A DNA stretch of 64,000 nucleotides, taken from NCBI RefSeq assembly GCF_000372725.1, contig NW_005201213.1, positions 1-64,000 of the forward strand. Direction: 5' to 3'. Shown piece by piece: positions 49,496 to 60,662 of the stretch. The notes under the pieces are model-generated. The model was not told where the DNA came from, ran no database searches, and saw nothing but the letters and a program-made list of their open reading frames with translations. Position 1 is the stretch's first letter, and each line of letters starts with the position of its first letter. Origin of the DNA: Emiliania huxleyi CCMP1516. Lineage: Eukaryota. The position numbers and the translations under genes are program-made.

Positions 49496-49605
49496 CCGTT
49501 TCGACTTTTCTTTTATCAAAGAAAAAGAAAACTGTGCGCATCCAACAACTTTAGACGAATTTATTTATTTAGGTAGAACGGCGTTTGCTGGGCCCATCGG
49601 TGCAG

Positions 49606-50667
49606 ATGATATCACTGCACGATGTAAATGCGGCCGTGGCAGCGTTTGCGGAGCGCGAGGGAATCAGGGAGGCGAGGAGGGCGCGACGAGAGGCGGAGGA
49701 GGCGGCTGTGGCCGTGGCGGGAGCCAGAGAGTTGGCATCGTCGATGCGTGCGCTTCTGGACCGCTTCGCGGCCGCCACCGGAGGGGAGACGGAGGAATCG
49801 GCCCGGGCGTTGGATGCGGCGAGTGCGTTTATGTTGGAGGATGCGGCGCATGCCTTTGCGTTGGATGCGGCGAGCGACATCTTCCCGCTCTCGCTTCGTG
49901 CCGAGCTGACTCAAGCTTCCGACGCGCTCCAGCACGCTCAGCTGCTAGGCGCTGGGCGTGAGGCGGCAGCGCGCGAGGCGGTAGCGCGCGAGGCGGCTGA
50001 GCACACCGCAGAGCGTTCGGCACTCGATCGGGCGGCGGAGCGGGCAGCGAAGAGCGAGAAGGCCGCTGCCGCAGCGCTGCGTGCAGCAGCCGCGACGGCC
50101 GCACACCGGGCCGCCGCAGAAGCACAGGGTGGAGCTGAGCGCGAGGCGGTGCGTGCACGGGAGGCGGCGGTGGCCGCGGAGGAGGCGGCGGCGGAGGCGG
50201 CGCAGAGGGCGGCGGCGGCGGCAGAAAAGGCAGCAGCCGCGGTGAATTTGGCCACGGATTGCGAGCAAGCAGCTGAGGCCGCTGCGGCGGCGACAGCTGC
50301 TGCTGAGGCTGCACGGACTGCATGCGAGGCCGAAGCGGCAGCTGCCGCGGCCGAAGCGGCAGCGAGCTACAACGAGGCGCCTGCAAGGCTCGACCAAGGG
50401 TCGTCCTCTTCGGCTGCAGAGGCGCCGGCTGCGAAGGAGGCGGAGCCGCCGCACGACTTCGTCTGTCCGATCACGACCGAGGTGATGAGCGACCCGGTGA
50501 TGGCGGCGGACGGGCATGCCTACGAACGGTCGGCGATCGAGCGCTGGCTCGCGACCAAGTCGACGAGCCCGCTGACGGGCGAGGAGCTCGACTTCACTCG
50601 GCTCTTCCCCAACCACACGCTTCGGCGGCAGATTGGCGAGTGGCACGAGGCGCATGCGGGACGGTAG
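49606..50667 (+). CDS. U-box E3 ubiquitin ligase with Ala/Glu-rich coiled-coil, intronless
   Basis: PPHDFVCPITTEVMSDPVMAADGHAYERSAIERWL...SPLTGEEL...LFPNHTLRRQI. Confidence 0.85.
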   Translation: MISLHDVNAAVAAFAEREGIREARRARREAEEAAVAVAGARELASSMRALLDRFAAATGGETEESARALDAASAFMLEDAAHAFALDAASDIFPLSLRAELTQASDALQHAQLLGAGREAAAREAVAREAAEHTAERSALDRAAERAAKSEKAAAAALRAAAATAAHRAAAEAQGGAEREAVRAREAAVAAEEAAAEAAQRAAAAAEKAAAAVNLATDCEQAAEAAAAATAAAEAARTACEAEAAAAAAEAAASYNEAPARLDQGSSSSAAEAPAAKEAEPPHDFVCPITTEVMSDPVMAADGHAYERSAIERWLATKSTSPLTGEELDFTRLFPNHTLRRQIGEWHEAHAGR

Positions 50668-50749
50668 CAGCTAGCACGGGAAAGGGGTGGCCTCCATGTA
50701 GATCGTAGTTGTGGAGATCTTCTTACTTCTAGTTGCGTATCTAGTACTT

Positions 50750-50937
50750 CTCTGTGGTGGCGACGTGCCCTCCCATCCCTCCCTTGGGTTCGCGATTGCG
50801 AGGATTCTTTCTTTCGCTAAGTGGGAAAGTGCCTCGCCGTCCTCTCGCACAGGAGTCGCTTAGGCAGCTCCGACCCGTGGTGTACCTGTGTTAGTGCCAG
50901 TGCGCGCCAGTCCCGTGCCTAGAAAGAAAAAAGAAAA
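50750..50937 (+). mobile_element. Retroposon-like 3' end: 3'-UTR motif, repeat family A copy 4 (50876-50919) and A-rich tail
   Basis: 50755-50790 matches 1053-1092 and 1325-1367. 50852-50915 matches 3681-3740. Followed by AGAAAGAAAAAAGAAAA. Confidence 0.55.
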
Positions 50938-51019
50938 CGGGCACGCCAAACGAGCAGGATTTTAAAGAAAGAAAGAAAACAGATGTTGGTGGACTCAACG
51001 AGCCCTTCTGGACTTTCCA

Positions 51020-52240
51020 GGACTGCTACTACAGGGAGCGGAACAAGGGTCTGTACACCGCGGACCGGCTCAATCCAAACAACGAAGACCAGCTCCGGGC
51101 CATCACGACCCGAACGGTGACCGCCACGGCCTCGAGTGCCCGGAGGAGCAGGACTACTACCCTTACTGGCACCCCACCGTGTGGCGAGATATTGCTGTCA
51201 TCACCGACACGCCGGACCAATGCGACTTCTCCTGCGCTGCCTCGCAAAACGTCGAGGACTATGGCCGCTGCTGGGACAAGACCACCTACGACTCGCAGGA
51301 CGGGCGCTGCAGGCAGCTCAGGGGCAGGCCGAGAGACAACAACAACAGCCCTCGGGTGGAGGGCCCAAACAACCAAGTCGAGTGCGAGAAGGGCATCACC
51401 GACAACGACGGCACGTTCAGGCCCGGCAAGTGGATCGAGGGCGGGAGCTGGGACACCTGGCCGCCGGACTGCGAGAAGGCGCCCTTCAGCCGCGACAACC
51501 ACCTCGGCAACGCCGCCGACAGGGACGTCTGGCACGAGAGCGGCGGCACCCGCCACGTCGGGGCCAACCGCTATCGCTGGAAGGTCCCGGCGCGTACAAC
51601 CGCGAGTTCCCTCTCTGGCGCAAGTACCCGTACACGAGTCTGTTCGAGGACGAGGAGACCGTGCGCAGGTTTGCTTAACTTGAGCAGGAGTACACCTGCT
51701 ACCCAGCCGGCATGATTGCACCCACGCCGCCGCCTTCGCCGCCTTCGCCGCCGCCTTCGCCGCCGCCGCCGCCGCCCTCCCCCTCACCGCCGCCTTCGCC
51801 CCCGCCCTCGCCCTCGCCGCCGCCCTCTTCTTCGCCCTCGCCGCCGCCCTCGCCGCCGACTACTCCGAGTGGGCGCCGCCTGAGTGAGGTGGGAGCGACA
51901 CCGAGGGCATCTGAGCTCGTTTATGGGCAGCAGTGCGTCCCCAGCGGGCTATGCGACGACAACATCGACCCGAATGGAAACAATAATGGGCAGTGCCTCA
52001 ACAACAACCCCGTGGCGACCAACCAGAATGAACGCAATAACGCAAACTGTCTCAACAACTGCAAGGATTTGAACGCCGCCACGGGCTACTTCGACGGTGG
52101 CCTGGTGCCGCTCAACCCCTGGCTCTCATTGGAGACGACCACCTACAGCTACATGTCGACACGGAACAACGACTTCAGCAACCGCAGTCAAAAGGGGTCG
52201 ATCGTCGTCCACCCGTGGAAACTCCCCGTCATCCTCGGGG
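51020..52240 (+). pseudogene. DD3-3-like secreted protein fragment, frameshifted and 5'-truncated
   Basis: RERNKGLYTAD, HGLECPEEQDYYPYWHP, WRDIAV, FSRDNHLGN and YMSTRNNDFSNRSQKG lie in different frames. Confidence 0.75.
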
Positions 52241-52644
52241 GCATCGACCATCGTCTTCTTCTTCCTATCAATTTTGTCCGCGGCCTGCTCATCGCCGCCC
52301 GCTTTCTCACAGCCTACGCATGCAAAGGGTACACTGCCTCTTGCGCTCTCGCGGCGGCTTGCGTGGCTCGCGTCAAGACTTGGGTCGCCTTCGGATCTGA
52401 GTCGCACCAACGCTCCGTCAAAAGCTCCGTCTGTGATGTCCACATGGCACCCCGGGGAGAAGCTTCCCACGAGGGGGCGAGCTTTCGACGAGCAGTTTTG
52501 CCGGCTCAATCGAGGTCAGTTTGAACGACAACTCGCTTGATACAGAGGAAGACGATGCCGCCATCGCCGCTCAGCTAGCCGCCGCCGGCTTCGATGAGAT
52601 CGAGCACTCCTCTGGTGTGAGTCCGCCGCGTGCAGTGGGCCGTT

Positions 52645-53110
52645 CTGCCTGCGAGTCAATGAACTCCCACACCCCGTCGGACGCGACGATGATGAAGCGG
52701 TCGCCGTCGGCCTCTGGCGTGTTGGCAGGCGCGGCGCCGAGATCGAACCGCTTGATCTCGGGGTCGGGGATGACGCCAAAGCGCTTGCACTCGCCGTCGC
52801 CGATGGAGCGGGACATCGCCAAGCCCACGCGCCCGTCGGCCCACACTCGCGCGGGCGAGGCGCCGCTCGCGCCCGAGACGACCCCGCCCGCGCCGACGAT
52901 GCGCTCGTACTCCTCGGGCGAGTCCGGCTTGCAGTCGACCGAGTGGTCCCGCGCCCGGATCGCTCCGTCGCGCACGTAGCCGAGCACAGCTCTCGAGTCG
53001 CCAGAGCATGCCGTCCAGACGGTTGTTCCCTGCATGTAGACGATGATCGATGTGCGTCAAAGACGCACAGCAGCGCCTCGTTGCACGAGCCGTTGAACGG
53101 GTAGTGGAGA
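52645..53110 (-). pseudogene. PP2C (PPM) phosphatase fragment with internal deletion
   Basis: LLCVFD is fused out of frame directly to (C)TSIIVY, so the GHG segment is missing. GDSRAVL, DCKPD..EYERI, GLAMSRSIGD and ASDGVWEF are present. The C-terminal DDIT-like motif is absent. Confidence 0.8.
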
Positions 53111-53121
53111 GCCTTTGAGCC

Positions 53122-53196
53122 TTGGCACCAGCCAGGCAGTTGATTTGGCCCTGGCACCAGCCTTGGCAGTTGATTTGGCCTTGGCACCAGCCTTGG
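53122..53196. repeat. Short tandem repeat (~30-bp GGCACCAGCC..GGCAGTTGATTTGGCC, ~2.5 copies)
   Basis: Directly visible. Confidence 0.75.
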
Positions 53197-54179
53197 CGGG
53201 CGGGCACGCGGGACATGCACAGGCGCCAAGGGGCGCAGCGCCGACAATCACGGCGGTGATTGCGGCGCAGGTGGGGGGACGGGAAGTCCGTCGGCGTTGC
53301 CGGGGGCCCAAGGAAGCGCGAGGGAAAAATTCCGCCGCTGAGGGCGCTCGTGCGGCAATAGCCGGGTGGAGGGGGGAGCGTGCCGGACGGGGCGTCGTCG
53401 CGCCGTCCGATGGTCTGCTGCCCCGCGCAGCAACCGTCGGGCGACGACCCGGGGGCCAAAAACCCGGCGACGACGGCGCTCTGGATGGGGCGTGACCTCC
53501 TGCCTCCAACCTCCTTCCTTTTTGAGCAGGTGTGACGCCGCGCGAGCGACGCTCCGAGATCGCCCGAGATAGCGCGGCGCGGCCCCGAGATCGCCCGAGA
53601 TAGTGCGAGATCGCCCGAGATCGCGCGGCGCGGACCGGGTCGAGCGTGGATGGGTTGGGAGCGAGGGGGCGAAAGTGTTCAGTGCGGTAGATGGTAAGCT
53701 CGAGGCGCGTGAGCCGGACTTGTGAGCCGGACCACCCCCTCTTGTTCCCTGCGTTGTTGAGCCAGGACTCAACATACTCGGGCTGTCCATCCCAAACTGT
53801 CACTCCCCTTTCTCCCGGCCGGGGTGGGGCGCGCGCGGGGGCGGCGGGTGTGCGGCGGGTGTGCGGGATGTCTGTGGGCCCGAGAGCGATATGCCATGTC
53901 CGCCTTGCGTTTGTTTCATAACATCGAAGGCTAAGCTCAAAAGAAAAACCGCAGACGAAAAAACGACACGAAAAAGAGTTTAATCGGAGCTTCACGACTA
54001 CTGGCCGAAGGGAAGCAAGAGGGGAGGCACGCGGACCTGTAACGGCGTTGTAGGTCCCCTGCGCACTACATAGTCCAATCCCGCAATCGCACATGTGCAC
54101 CGAGGCCACCGACGCGACAACAAAACAAGCCTCGCCGCTCTCTCGACTACAACGGCTTTGAGAGAGAGTCACGGCCCTC

Positions 54180-55892
54180 TCAGGCAAGCAGATCGCGCAA
54201 GCGCTGTCCTTGCGCCTGCACGGCCGCCACCTGCGGGTGGGCCTGCAGCGCCGCCGCAGCCGCCTCGATCGCGCCCGCGGCTGCTGCGCGCTGCTTGCGT
54301 GCGAGCCCCGCGGCGTCGGTGCCAGAGCACACGATGGCCAGCGCCCCGCAGCCTTGCTTCTGCACTTCCGCCACCTGCGGGTAAGCCTGCAGCGCCGCCA
54401 CGATCGCCTCGATCGCGCCCGCGCCTGCTGCGCGCTGCTTGCGTGCGAGCCCCGCGGCGTCGGTGCCGGAGCACACGTTGGCCAGCGCCGCGCAGCCTTG
54501 CTTCTGCACCCCCTCCACCTGCGGGTGAGCCTGCAGCGCTGCCACTATTGCTTCGATCGCGCCCGCGTCGACTGCGCGCTGGCTGCGTGCGCCCCCTGCG
54601 ACGTCGGTGCCGTAGCACACGTTGACCAGCGCCCAGCAGCCATACTCTTGCACCTCCGCCTCCTGCGGGTGAGCCTGCAGCGCCGCCGCAGCCGCCTCGA
54701 TCGCGCCCGCGGCTGCTGCGCGCTGGCTGCGTGCGCGCCCTGCGGCGTCGGTGCCGAAGCAAACCTTAGCCAGCGCCCCGCAGCCTTGCTGTTGCACCCC
54801 CGCCTCCTGCGGGTGAGCCTGCAGCGCCGCCACTATTGCCTCGATCGCGCCCGCGGCTGCTGCGCGCTGGCTGCGTGCGCGCCCTGCGCCGTCGGTGCCG
54901 GAGCACACGTTGCGCAGCGCCAAACAGCCATAATGCTGCACCTCCGCCTCCTGCGGGTGAGCGCGCATCGCCGCCGCAACCGCCTCGATCGCGCCCGCCT
55001 CTGCTGCGCGCTGCTTGCGTGCGAGCCCCGCGGCGTCGGTGCCGCAGCACACGTTGGCCAGCGCCGCCCACCCTTGCTGTTGCACTTCCGCCTCCTGCGG
55101 ATGAGCCTGCATCGCCGCCACTATTGCCTCGACTGCGTCTGCGCCCGCCGCAAGTTGCCTGTTCTGCACCTCAATGCACAGAATAGCCAAACGCTTGCAC
55201 GCCGCAGCAGCGACGCGGCTGACCGACGCGTGCACGCGCAGCGTCGCCGCCGCCGCCGCAACGGCCATCGCCTGCACCGCCGCATCGCTCGGCGGCGCGT
55301 CATGGGGCGCGGCGCCCACGCGCTGCCGCACCCGCCGTCCTCCCTCCTCGCCGCCCTCGCCAGCCTCGAGCGCCGCCACGCGCAACCGCAGTTGTGAGTT
55401 CTCCGCGCCCTGCGCTGCCAACTGGGCTTGCAGCCGCTCGTTCTCAGCGCCTTGCGCCGCCACCTGGGCTCGCAGCGGCGCAACCTGAGCCTGCAGCGGC
55501 GCCATCATGCGCTGGCACACGGCGAAGGGGCACGTCGCCTCGTGCGCTGCCTTGTCTGCCAGCAGCCCTGACCACGCGCAGCCAGCCTCCGCCGCGGAAC
55601 ACGCTCGCGGCCGCTGCGGGCAGTCTTGCTCGTGTGCGGCGACTTCACCGCGCGTCGTCGCCAGCCCGCAGTGCGAACACGCCGCCGGCAGCGCCGCGAT
55701 CTGCTCTTCGTGGCTTCGGGATCGAATTGCCTGGCTCAGCGGTCCGAGAGCCATGCGGCACTCGGGGCAGCGGCGCGGGGCTCGCAGGTTGGAGTCGCAG
55801 GAGGCGCAGAAGACGTGGCCCTCCCGGCACTGGTGCTGCTGCCCGTCCTGCACCTCCAGGCAGACGGGGCACTCCAGGCGCTGGGCGGCCAT
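54180..55892 (-). CDS. SINA/Siah-like RING, TRAF-type Zn fingers, coiled-coil and armadillo repeats (50-aa units), 570 aa
   Basis: CPVC...QCREGHVFCASC...CPECR; H..DCPQRP..C..GC.W.G...HE..CPF; about six repeats of AGAIEAIVAALQAHPQ...QGC.AL.NVC. Confidence 0.88.
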   Translation of the reverse strand: MAAQRLECPVCLEVQDGQQHQCREGHVFCASCDSNLRAPRRCPECRMALGPLSQAIRSRSHEEQIAALPAACSHCGLATTRGEVAAHEQDCPQRPRACSAAEAGCAWSGLLADKAAHEATCPFAVCQRMMAPLQAQVAPLRAQVAAQGAENERLQAQLAAQGAENSQLRLRVAALEAGEGGEEGGRRVRQRVGAAPHDAPPSDAAVQAMAVAAAAATLRVHASVSRVAAAACKRLAILCIEVQNRQLAAGADAVEAIVAAMQAHPQEAEVQQQGWAALANVCCGTDAAGLARKQRAAEAGAIEAVAAAMRAHPQEAEVQHYGCLALRNVCSGTDGAGRARSQRAAAAGAIEAIVAALQAHPQEAGVQQQGCGALAKVCFGTDAAGRARSQRAAAAGAIEAAAAALQAHPQEAEVQEYGCWALVNVCYGTDVAGGARSQRAVDAGAIEAIVAALQAHPQVEGVQKQGCAALANVCSGTDAAGLARKQRAAGAGAIEAIVAALQAYPQVAEVQKQGCGALAIVCSGTDAAGLARKQRAAAAGAIEAAAAALQAHPQVAAVQAQGQRLRDLLA

Positions 55893-55947
55893 CTCACTCA
55901 GAAAAGAGAATTTTACAACGCCTCGGACCGCGTCGTCAGAGGGCGTT

Positions 55948-56646
55948 ATGCTGATCCCAGCCGTCGCCAAGAACAGCACGACTGGCTACAAGAACGTGGC
56001 CTACGACCGCAGCAAAATGAAGTTCCAGGCGAAGGTGAAGGCTGGCGGCCAGCATGTCCGCCTCGGCTACTTCGACACCGCCGAAGAGGCGGCCACCGCC
56101 TACGCTCAGTCAGAGTACGGCCGCGCCGACGCCGCCAAGCTGCTGCAGCCCCGCCCCGCTCCCACTCCCGCTGGCGCCGAGGCGATACGGCAGGCGGAGA
56201 GGGAGGGCCTCACCCTCACCGCCAGTAGCAGCAGCAACACCGGCTACAAAGGCGTCTGCTACCGCCCGAAGCAGAAAGGCAGCCAGAAGTACCAGCTGAA
56301 TGTGAGGGTTGGAGGCAAGATGGTCAATCTCGGCTACTTCGCCACCGCCGAGGAGGCGGCGCTCTTCTACGCCCGCAGGGAGGCGGGCATGGACACGCTC
56401 GCCCGCGATCTCTCTGCGCCGCCGCTGCCGCCGTCCTCAACCTCTGCGGAGCTGCCAGTGTACGAGCTCAGCATTCTGACGCCTGAGCAAATGGCCGCCA
56501 ACCCGACATATAGTCCATCGTCCAATTTGGACTATAGTCGAGCGCGTCGGAGAGGTGTTTGGAGACAGGCTCATGATTATGCAGCAGCCCTAGCGGCAGC
56601 GCCAACTTATGGCAGCCCTAGCGGCAGCGCCAGTGCGCGCACATAA
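55948..56646 (+). CDS. Double AP2/ERF-domain DNA-binding protein
   Basis: TGYKNV...FQAKV...RLGYFDTAEEAATAYA and TGYKGV...YQLNV...LGYFATAEEAALFYAR. The start could instead be ACG at 55918. Confidence 0.8.
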   Translation: MLIPAVAKNSTTGYKNVAYDRSKMKFQAKVKAGGQHVRLGYFDTAEEAATAYAQSEYGRADAAKLLQPRPAPTPAGAEAIRQAEREGLTLTASSSSNTGYKGVCYRPKQKGSQKYQLNVRVGGKMVNLGYFATAEEAALFYARREAGMDTLARDLSAPPLPPSSTSAELPVYELSILTPEQMAANPTYSPSSNLDYSRARRRGVWRQAHDYAAALAAAPTYGSPSGSASART

Positions 56647-56790
56647 AGGGGGGGGGTGGGGGGGTTAGGGGGTGGCTGTCGAGGGCTATGCCCGAGTCTG
56701 TTGTTACCAGCGCACATACAATCCTAGCCAGCTTATGGCAGCCCTAGCGGCACAGCGCCAATTTATGGCAGCTCCCTAGCGGCAGCGCGA
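56577..56790. repeat. Subtelomere-like ~28-bp repeat (TTATGGCAGCCCTAGCGGCAGCGCCAA), 4 imperfect copies
   Basis: Copies at ~56577, 56607, 56733 and 56763, directly before the telomeric array. Confidence 0.8.
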
Positions 56791-56792
56791 AG

Positions 56793-56962
56793 TTAGGGTT
56801 AGGGGTTAGGGTTGGGGGGGGTTAGGGGGTTAGGGGGTTAGGGGGTTAGGGGTTAGGGGTTAGGGGTTAGGGGTTAGGGGTTAGGGGTTAGGGGTTAGGG
56901 GTTAGGGGTTAGGGGTTAGGGGTTAGGGGTTAGGGGTTAGGGGTTAGGGGTTAGGGGTTAGG
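56793..56962 (+). repeat. Interstitial telomere-like array (TTAGGGG)n with TTAGGG/TTAGGGGG variants
   Basis: About 16 perfect TTAGGGG units (56846-56957) preceded by degenerate units. Confidence 0.92.
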
Positions 56963-57559
56963 TGGGGCGGATGCGTCAGACGTATGCGTAATACGTGAGG
57001 CGTAACCCTTGCTGGCCGCCACTTCTCAGTCAAATCCGTCGTGCGTGTGCGTAGTACGTGGGACGTAAGCTCCCAGGTGCCGAGCAGGCTTCCGGCCGAG
57101 GTGCCGAGAAGACTTTGTGCAGGGGCTCTGGCCCTGCCCGCCACCACAACACCCCGCAGGTGTCCATGGTGCTGGCTACCGTATCGAGCGCTAGCCGGGA
57201 AGCTGTGTGGTCGCACCGCAGCGACCGCACCAGCACTCACGACGGCCGAGTTGCCGTCGATCTCCTCGCTCCGCGATCTCGCCGGAGGAACCATGTAGTG
57301 AGCTGTGAGCTGTACACGGAGCGAGGGTCTGTACCGAGGCGTACAGGAGCGATCACACCAAGATCACCATCGTCCTGAAAGGAGACAAAGCTATCGTCCT
57401 GAAGGACCACGACGAGACGCCGTCCAGGACACATCCCTCTGGAACAAGGCATCTCGACTATCGGACAGTACTCAACAGGGACATCTCTCTATATACACGA
57501 GTGGGGTATTCACACTCCCAACAAAATTCCTACCCACACCCACACCGGCCACGACACCT

Positions 57560-57598
57560 GGCACGGGACTGGCGCGCACACTGGCACTACCACAGGTA
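57560..57598 (-). repeat. Dispersed repeat family A, copy 5
   Basis: GGCACGGGACTGGCGCGCACACTGGCACTACCACAGGTA. Confidence 0.8.
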
Positions 57599-57698
57599 GA
57601 GCTCTACACCACGGGAGGAAGGAAGGAATCACAAGCGAGCGCTGCGTGCTGGTCGAGCTGGTCGAGAGGCTGCGTGCCGCGGCGGCCACCTCCCGCCG

Positions 57699-59359
57699 AT
57701 GTGGGCCGTGCTTCCCGGCTCGAGCCTCGAGCACGAGCGCGCCAGCGAGGACGAGGCCATCGGGTGGGAGCTTGACGCTCCGCAGCCAGAGCCGGAAGCG
57801 GCGACACGCAGGCACAGCGCTGGCGCCACGCCGCGACGGCAGAGCACTGGCGGCCTCTTGGGCGAAGGCGGCCGGCGCAAGGACGTCCGCGTCCGCTTCT
57901 GCTGCTACCTCTGCGGCGACACGAGCCACACGGCGGTGGGGCCGGCGTGGCGGGCTGGCGGTGAGGACCGCAGCCCGCGCCACAGTCTTGAAGCGTCGAT
58001 AGGCGGAGTGCCCTCGCGCCATCTGCATCGCCTGCCTCGGCGTCGGCCACCAGTACGCCGACTGCCCGTCGGGTCGCAAACCGGCCCACTGCTGCAGCCT
58101 GGAGCGGCAAGACGGCGCTCCGCGGGCCCGTCCATGACGCGTCCACGGCGGCGGCGGCTCTAGGCCGTTTGCGGCTGCTGCGGCCGTCTTGGCCACGTCA
58201 AGCGCGATTGTCCGTGGCGGGCGCCGCCGGACCTGGCGCGGGTGCGCTGCCTCGTCTGCGGCGAGCTGGGGCACACCGACTGCTCTTCCGAGGTGAGACG
58301 ATTCCGAGAGACGTCCCCGCGAGACGCTCCCAGACACCCTGGCTGCGATGCGTGTGTGTGAAGTGCCGCTCTCACGTGTGAGTGCGAAGGCGTTGCGCAT
58401 CCGCCCGACCTCGCCACCGCCCCACCCCACCCGCGCCCCGACCTCGCCACCGCCCCACCCCGCCCGCGCCCTCGCCGCAGGGTCGCGGCGAGCGGCCGCA
58501 ACGCGTCTCGTGCTTCAACTGCGGCCGGTCCGGCCACGACGCAAACGGATGCCCAAAGGCACGTGCGACACTGGCCAGCCGCACTTGCCACCCGCACTTA
58601 GTCCGGACACAGACACCACCAAGGAGCTTTCGTGACATAGTTGTAGATTACATGCGGCACTTGCTGGACACCTTCTGAGCACTTGCCAGCCGCACTTGCC
58701 AGCCGCACTTAGGCCGCACTTGCTGGACACCTTCTGAGCACTTGCTGGCCGCACTTGCCCTCTGAGCACTTGCTGAGCACTTGCTGGCCGCACTTGCTGA
58801 GCACTTGCACTCTCTAGACACTTGCTCGCCACGCGCGCGGAGTGCGACCTCTCACCGACCACGCGCGAGGTGTGGGGAGATGTGGGCGCGCCGCCTTGCG
58901 GACGCGGCCGTGACGTGTCCACGACGCGTCCCGCAGGACGGCGTCGACCGCTGGACGCGCCTCTTCGCCGCGGCGGCGGCGCCCAACGCACCCGGCCCCC
59001 CGCCCTCGGCCTGGGGAGCGGCGGGTGCGGGCAGCGGCTTCCCCCCGGGGCGCGGAAAAGGCAGAGGGAGTGGGGGGGCTCGCGGCGCGTGGGGCAGCGG
59101 CCAGGGAAGCGGCGGCGGTGGCAAGGGCGGCGGTGGCAAGGGCGGCGGCGGAAAGGGCGGCGGCGGAAAGGGCGGCGGCAGCAGAGGCGGCGGCAAGGGT
59201 GTGGGCAGCAGAGGCGGCGGCAAGGGCGGTGGCGGTAAGGGTGGCGGTGGGAGAGGCTTGGTTGGGATCACGAAGCGGCGCATGGGAGATAGGGCGGAGA
59301 AGGCGCGGCGCGGCGCGAAGCAGGAGAGCGAGGCGCGGCAGCACTTGCGTTGGCGGTAG
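57699..59359 (+). CDS. Multi-CCHC zinc-knuckle protein (AIR1/ZCCHC7-like) with GGKGG-rich tail, multi-exon; start uncertain
   Basis: CYLCGDTSH..EC, CIACLGVGH..DC, CGCCGRLGH..DC, CLVCGELGH and CFNCGRSGH..GC on exons separated by short introns. Gly/Lys-rich last exon. Confidence 0.75.
58657..58830. repeat. Degenerate GCACTTGC(TG/CA)-based minisatellite in an intron
   Basis: More than ten CACTTGC cores. Confidence 0.8.
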
Positions 59360-59644
59360 CCCGCCGACGCGATGTTATCCGATCGGGCTGTCGGCCTCCC
59401 CTGCTGACTGCTCTCAGTCTCACACTGCCCCACTGTGCTCTCCTTCTGGTCCATGTCCAGCCAAGTGCGTTTTCTCGCGGCCATTTAATGCGCGCGCTCC
59501 CCAAAAAGGGCTCTTGAGTCCTGACTCTCTCTCTCTAATAAAGCCGTACTTGAGTCTCTTGTGTGCCCCATCGCCATTGGGGAGTTGCAGTGTTGGGTTC
59601 GTCGGTTCTCGCGTTCTCGCGCGGCTGCTTAATCGCAAATCGGC

Positions 59645-60564
59645 TCACGTGCGCCTCTTCTCCTCCCGCTCCCTCTTCTTCTCCTCCCGCCACGCGTCCC
59701 TCGAGGCCTTGGCGGCGGCCGCGCGCGGGCTCTCGAACTCGAGCAGGCTGGGCAGCTCGCCACGCGAGGCTGCCGTAGCGACGGCGCTGAGCAGCAGCGA
59801 GGGCACGATGTACACGAGCGCAGGCTGGCCGCTCTTCGTCAGGTAGTTTGCGGCGAAGGTGCTGAGCAAGCCGGCGGCGTACGCGCCGAGTCCGACCTGG
59901 AAGTAGCTCGCCTCCCTCGCCTCCTCCTCGCTGCCGCCGCCCGCGCGCCCCTAGTTGCGAGGAGTTGGCAGTGCTCGTCTGCGGCAGTGTTCGCGTCGTG
60001 TGTCTACACCGACACAGCGCCGCCGGAAGGGGGGAGGAGTCACGCTTGCCGCCCGCGCCTGCTCCTTGTCGAGCTCGCGGAGCAGGCCGACGAACGCGCC
60101 TGGCACCAGCGATGAATGTGAGGAGGGGGGAGGTTGGCGAGCCATTCTCTCTGCTGACGAGATGGCGACGGCAGCGCAGGAGGGGGCAGAGATGCAGGGG
60201 GTAGGCATGGCGGTGGGGTGGGTGGGGTGGAGGCTGCCTGGCACCACCACGTCGCCCAAGCCCAACACCGAGAAGGGGTAGCGGCCTCCAGCGTCGGCGC
60301 CTAAAGCGCATGGACCCGAGGGGTATAGCCTCCTGTGCCATACCTGCTGGTGACATCGCCTCTGTCAGGAGTCGCGCCGCCTGCGCCGACGGCCGCCCAA
60401 AGGAACTTGGCCGGAGCCTCGATCTGCGTCGCCACGGTCAACATGACGTCAGACTTGAAGACGAAGAAGGCGTCGTAGCAGAAGAGGCCTGCGGTGCGCG
60501 ATTCGCGGGGAGTGGGACGCATTCGGCCGCCGCCTGGCGCGCGCCAAGAGAGGGGAGGGCGAGG

Positions 60565-60662
<98 letters not shown>

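Noticed and set aside
55507..55947. N-terminal extensions making the AP2 and RING-ARM ORFs overlap
   Set aside because: Each extension is antisense read-through of the other gene. Domain content starts at ~55948 and 55892.
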